Positions 60,758 through 64,000 of a stretch of 64,000 nucleotides of DNA are shown one piece after another (position 1 is the first letter of the stretch; each line of letters starts with the position of its first letter). The notes under the pieces are model-generated. The model ran no database searches and was not told the DNA's origin. It saw only the letters and a list, made by a program, of their open reading frames with translations. This stretch comes from Candidatus Bathyarchaeota archaeon (lineage in GTDB: Archaea; Thermoproteota; Bathyarchaeia; Bathyarchaeales; Bathycorpusculaceae): contig CAWGZR010000005.1 in assembly GCA_963827165.1 (NCBI GenBank), forward strand, positions 192,001-256,000, read 5' to 3'. The translations under genes and the position numbers were made by a program.

Positions 60758-61021
60758 TTGGGTAAAACAGTTGTATCATACCGAATTGCGATAGAAGATG
60801 AAATACGTATGTGGAATGGTTTTGCAAAGGCGTTAAGGATTGAAGATAGAGAAGCCTTTGAGGCTTTAATGGATGCCTGCCGTAGCTACGCTTCAGCTGG
60901 AAGCAACGCGACGCGGCCCATCATCTTTGAACCTATGGTCATCTCCATCCTACTGGCACAGCAAAAAAAAATTGTGCGTTTAGAGAAGGCGTTAAATGCA
61001 GAGCGAGCCAAAACAAGCTAA
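60758..61021 (+). CDS. Small alpha-helical protein of the family encoded beside archaeal PolB2
   Basis: MGKTVVSYR...EDREAFEALM...FEPMVISILL pattern. Confidence 0.7.
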   Translation: MGKTVVSYRIAIEDEIRMWNGFAKALRIEDREAFEALMDACRSYASAGSNATRPIIFEPMVISILLAQQKKIVRLEKALNAERAKTS

Positions 61022-61080
61022 AGGCTAGCTGCTGGATGTTTACCCTGTAACTTTGACTATTAGTTTTTTGGGGTCTTCCG
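60996..61080 (+). pseudogene. Possible 5' stub of a PolB2-type DNA polymerase
   Basis: ATG overlapping the upstream gene end; reads MQSEPKQAKG-TAG-LLDVYP (GWLLDVYP with W changed to stop). Confidence 0.45.
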
Positions 61081-61121
61081 CAAGACATTTTTGGGCAGTC
61101 GCCTTATTCTATGTGGTTTAA

Positions 61122-61901
61122 ATGTTTCAATACTACTTGCCTGTCGGAATGAGATATGCTACTCTGGAGGAAAGAAAACATTTCTACAGCAGCGAATTTG
61201 ACCTGCAACGGGTTTCGGAGTGGCTTGGCAACAGGAGCGGGCGGGTAAAGTTTGCAATTATCATGGGCAGGCACACAAAGATTTTCCCAGAAAAGTATCG
61301 GGAGGACGCCTCAACAACCATAATAATAGATGAGTACGCGGGACTGGAAGACGTGAGGAGGCAGATTTTGGAGTTTTTGCCTGAAGCAGTGTACTACGAT
61401 CGAAACGTCTACGACCAAAGCGAAATCAAGACAGGGCAGGAACTCGCCTTTGACCTTGACCCAGAAAATATAACATGCCCAATCCATGGTAGCTTGGCAG
61501 ACAAGATGAAAAAAGGGCAGGGTTTGAGTTTCTGCGAGTTGGAGTTGCAGATGGTTCAGAAGGAAGCAGTGAGGCTTTTTGATTTTTTGACCGCCCGTTT
61601 TTCAAGCGTTAAAGCGGTTTATTCAGGCAGAGGTTTCCACCTTCACGTTTTAGATCCGCAGGCTTACGGGCTTAGCGTTCAGGAAAGGCTAAAGCTTGCG
61701 CAGCGGGTGAAGAGCGAGGGCTTGCATATTGACGAGTGGGTTACTTCGGGAGAAATGCGCCTCATACGACTCCCATACAGCCTCAACGGGTTAGTGTCGC
61801 GAATTGTTCTGCCATTGACAAAAGATGAATTGTCAAACTTCGATCCCATCCATGATCCCCAGGCCCTGCCTGAATTTCTCGGCACAAAAGCCACTTCTTA
61901 A
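61122..61901 (+). CDS. Stand-alone archaeo-eukaryotic primase (PriS-like primase-polymerase)
   Basis: ELAFDLD, YSGRGFHLH, IDEWV, RLIRLPYSLN; CPIH...C. Confidence 0.85.
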   Translation: MFQYYLPVGMRYATLEERKHFYSSEFDLQRVSEWLGNRSGRVKFAIIMGRHTKIFPEKYREDASTTIIIDEYAGLEDVRRQILEFLPEAVYYDRNVYDQSEIKTGQELAFDLDPENITCPIHGSLADKMKKGQGLSFCELELQMVQKEAVRLFDFLTARFSSVKAVYSGRGFHLHVLDPQAYGLSVQERLKLAQRVKSEGLHIDEWVTSGEMRLIRLPYSLNGLVSRIVLPLTKDELSNFDPIHDPQALPEFLGTKATS

Positions 61902-62352
61902 CTGATTTGACTTGTCATATTCTTATGAAATAAGATCAGCAGGCGAACTGCAAAGAATTTTCTCATATAAAGAGCCAAGACAACAAATTCCGATGTCTTC
62001 AAGCAGGTCGAGAACTAAAACGTGGTTTTTCCCTAACCCAAACAGGTTGGAACCAAAATACCGTTGCCACTAACGAAAGATAAGCTAAAGAGCTTCGGCG
62101 CTGCCTGGCAAGACGCCTCAAGGTGACTTGGTGGGAAAGCTACTTTTTGACTTCTTTGGCTTTTTTCTCTTTCTTGCTGTAATAAGCTTTCTTTTTCTTT
62201 TCTTCTTCTGCCTTTGTCGGTTTAGCTGGTTTTGCCATTAAAACCCTCAATCAAATTATCCATAACTTGCATAAAAGATTTTCCAATCACAAAATTTGTT
62301 GAAAAGTTTATTTGCCTTGCCTCTTCTCCTTTTGTAGTAATGAGGGGTTGTT

Positions 62353-63726
62353 ACGGAGAAGTTTGACGTTATAGTTATTGGCTCAGGATCTGGCATGCTT
62401 ATTGCTTCAGCGGCTGTTGACCAGGGGTTGAGAGTCGCCTTGGTTGAACATGGAAAAATGGGAGGCACATGCATAAACGTGGGTTGTGTACCCTCTAAAA
62501 TGCTGATTTACCCAACAGACCTCATCGCCGCAGTCCGCGAGTCAGGAAAACTCGGAGTCCATGCAACTGTGGATACGGTTGATTTTAGCAACATCATGGG
62601 CAGAATGCATGCACTTGTCAACGAGGACTCTGGGCATCAAGCTTTAGCAGTGGAAGCTGAGCATAACATGGTTTGGTTTAAGGAAACAGGAGAATTTATC
62701 GCCGATTACACCATGCAGATCGGTCAGCACACGATTACAGCACCAAAAATCTTCATTGTTTCAGGAACACGCCACGGGTTGCCGCCAATCAAAGGCATCG
62801 ACAAAATCGGTTACTTAACCAGCGATACGGTACTTCAACTGCAAAAGCCGCCCGCAAGCTTACTGATCGTTGGCGGAGGCTACATCGGCATGGAATACGG
62901 CCACTTCTTCTCAGGAATTGGAACAAAAACCACTGTACTTCAAAGACCCAGCCGTGTGCTGCCAGATGAGGAACCCGAAATCGGCGAGTTGCTTCTAAAG
63001 GAGATGCAGAAACGCATGGAAATATACACAGGCATTGAGGTTTTAGAGGCCAGACAAGAAGGAGAAACCAAAACGCTTGTCGCCCAAAACCGTCAAGATG
63101 GAAATCAAAAGGAATTCAGCGCTCAATCAGTGCTTATCGCCACGGGCAGAGTGTCAAACGCTGACGTTTTGAAACCTGAAAAAACAGGCGTCCAGCTCGA
63201 TGAGAAAAATTACATCAAAGTTAACGAGTTTCTCGAAACTAGCAAAAAGAACATTTGGGCTTTCGGCGACGCCATAGGCAAACACATGTTCAAGCATGTT
63301 GCTAACCACGAGGCAGGAGTAGTTTGGCACAACTCCATTCATGACCATAAGGTTCCTATGGATTTCTCAGCGGCGCCTCATGCAGTCTTTACCCATCCGC
63401 AAGTTGCCTCCGTCGGCTTAAAAGAAGCAGAAGCAAAATTGAAGAACCACAAGATCCTCGTCGGAACAGCGTTTTACCGTGATACAGCAATGGGTGCAGC
63501 CATGGGCTTTCCTGAAGGCTTTGTGAAAGTTATTATTGAAGCTGAATCGGGCAAAATCCTCGGCGGACACATCATTGGCCCCGAAGCAGCTATTCTAATT
63601 CAAGAAATCATTAACGCGATGGTCTCCGAAACTGGAACTTACGCTCCAATCGCTCAAGGTATGCATATTCATCCTGCCCTGTCAGAAGTGGTTCAAAACG
63701 CATTCGGAAACCTTAAACTATCATAG
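62353..63726 (+). CDS. Pyridine nucleotide-disulfide reductase (dihydrolipoyl dehydrogenase / mycothione reductase-like)
   Basis: xEKFDVIVIGSGSG (begins at ACG 62353), GGTCINVGCVPSK, GGGYIG, HIHPALSE. Confidence 0.9.
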   Translation, partial: TEKFDVIVIGSGSGMLIASAAVDQGLRVALVEHGKMGGTCINVGCVPSKMLIYPTDLIAAVRESGKLGVHATVDTVDFSNIMGRMHALVNEDSGHQALAVEAEHNMVWFKETGEFIADYTMQIGQHTITAPKIFIVSGTRHGLPPIKGIDKIGYLTSDTVLQLQKPPASLLIVGGGYIGMEYGHFFSGIGTKTTVLQRPSRVLPDEEPEIGELLLKEMQKRMEIYTGIEVLEARQEGETKTLVAQNRQDGNQKEFSAQSVLIATGRVSNADVLKPEKTGVQLDEKNYIKVNEFLETSKKNIWAFGDAIGKHMFKHVANHEAGVVWHNSIHDHKVPMDFSAAPHAVFTHPQVASVGLKEAEAKLKNHKILVGTAFYRDTAMGAAMGFPEGFVKVIIEAESGKILGGHIIGPEAAILIQEIINAMVSETGTYAPIAQGMHIHPALSEVVQNAFGNLKLS

Positions 63727-63805
63727 GTCTCCTACCACCCCCCATTTTTGTAAATCTAAAAAGTTATATTGTCCCGCAAGAATCTCTTCTAGGAGTTGTT
63801 TTGTT

Positions 63806-64000
63806 ATGAATATTTCTAAGGTTGCTGGCAAGAACAATAAACATAAGGTTTTCATCTACGCACTGAGCACATGCGTCTGGTGCAAGATGACTAAGCAGTA
63901 CCTAAACGAGAACGACATCGAATATGAATATGTGGATGTGGATTTAGCCGACGAAAAAGACAAACAGAAAATTCATGAGACAATCCAGAGCAAAGGCGGC
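63806..64000 (+). CDS. Glutaredoxin-family protein (truncated by window end)
   Basis: ALSTCVWCK, YEYVDVD; frame open to 64000. Confidence 0.88.
   Translation, partial: MNISKVAGKNNKHKVFIYALSTCVWCKMTKQYLNENDIEYEYVDVDLADEKDKQKIHETIQSKGG

Noticed and set aside
61900-62238. Lys/Glu-rich short minus-strand ORF followed by stop-riddled sequence
   Set aside because: Probably a decayed gene; no family recognisable
1-64000. CRISPR arrays, tRNA/rRNA genes, transposases and the many antisense shadow ORFs
   Set aside because: No repeat-spacer arrays, cloverleafs or DDE/HUH/integrase motifs seen by eye; shadow ORFs lie opposite well-supported genes

Overview
Archaeal chromosomal segment of moderate GC with dense coding and many TTG/GTG starts. 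Gene content (TFE-alpha plus an Fe-S TFE-beta, arcadin-1, a non-catalytic proteasome beta paralog, Zn-ferredoxin) points to a TACK archaeon, most likely Bathyarchaeia; this is inference, not a database result. Most of the window is core housekeeping: thrS, proS, NAC, aMBF1-hflX-trm56-tfe, rtcA, trm5, glmS, fen, EF-1beta, cdc48, GGR, pth2, truD, nadM, nadC, rlmE and kae1-bud32-rdgB-rps15-DHH-pcc1. The last ~12 kb is a redox/oxidative-stress and metal island with a decayed Cu-ATPase. I saw no rRNA, tRNA, CRISPR array or transposase. Best leads: (1) hflX has no canonical start codon where its homology begins, and its junction with mbf1 reads SD + A-CGA-AAG, compatible with ACG initiation or a -1 frameshift making an MBF1-HflX fusion; (2) a full-length ribophorin-I-like membrane protein; (3) a PolB2-accessory gene followed by a nonsense-disrupted PolB2 stub and a stand-alone primase-polymerase; (4) an orphan arcadin-1; (5) a tandem Alba-domain protein. 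All family assignments come from reading motifs by eye and need HMM confirmation.
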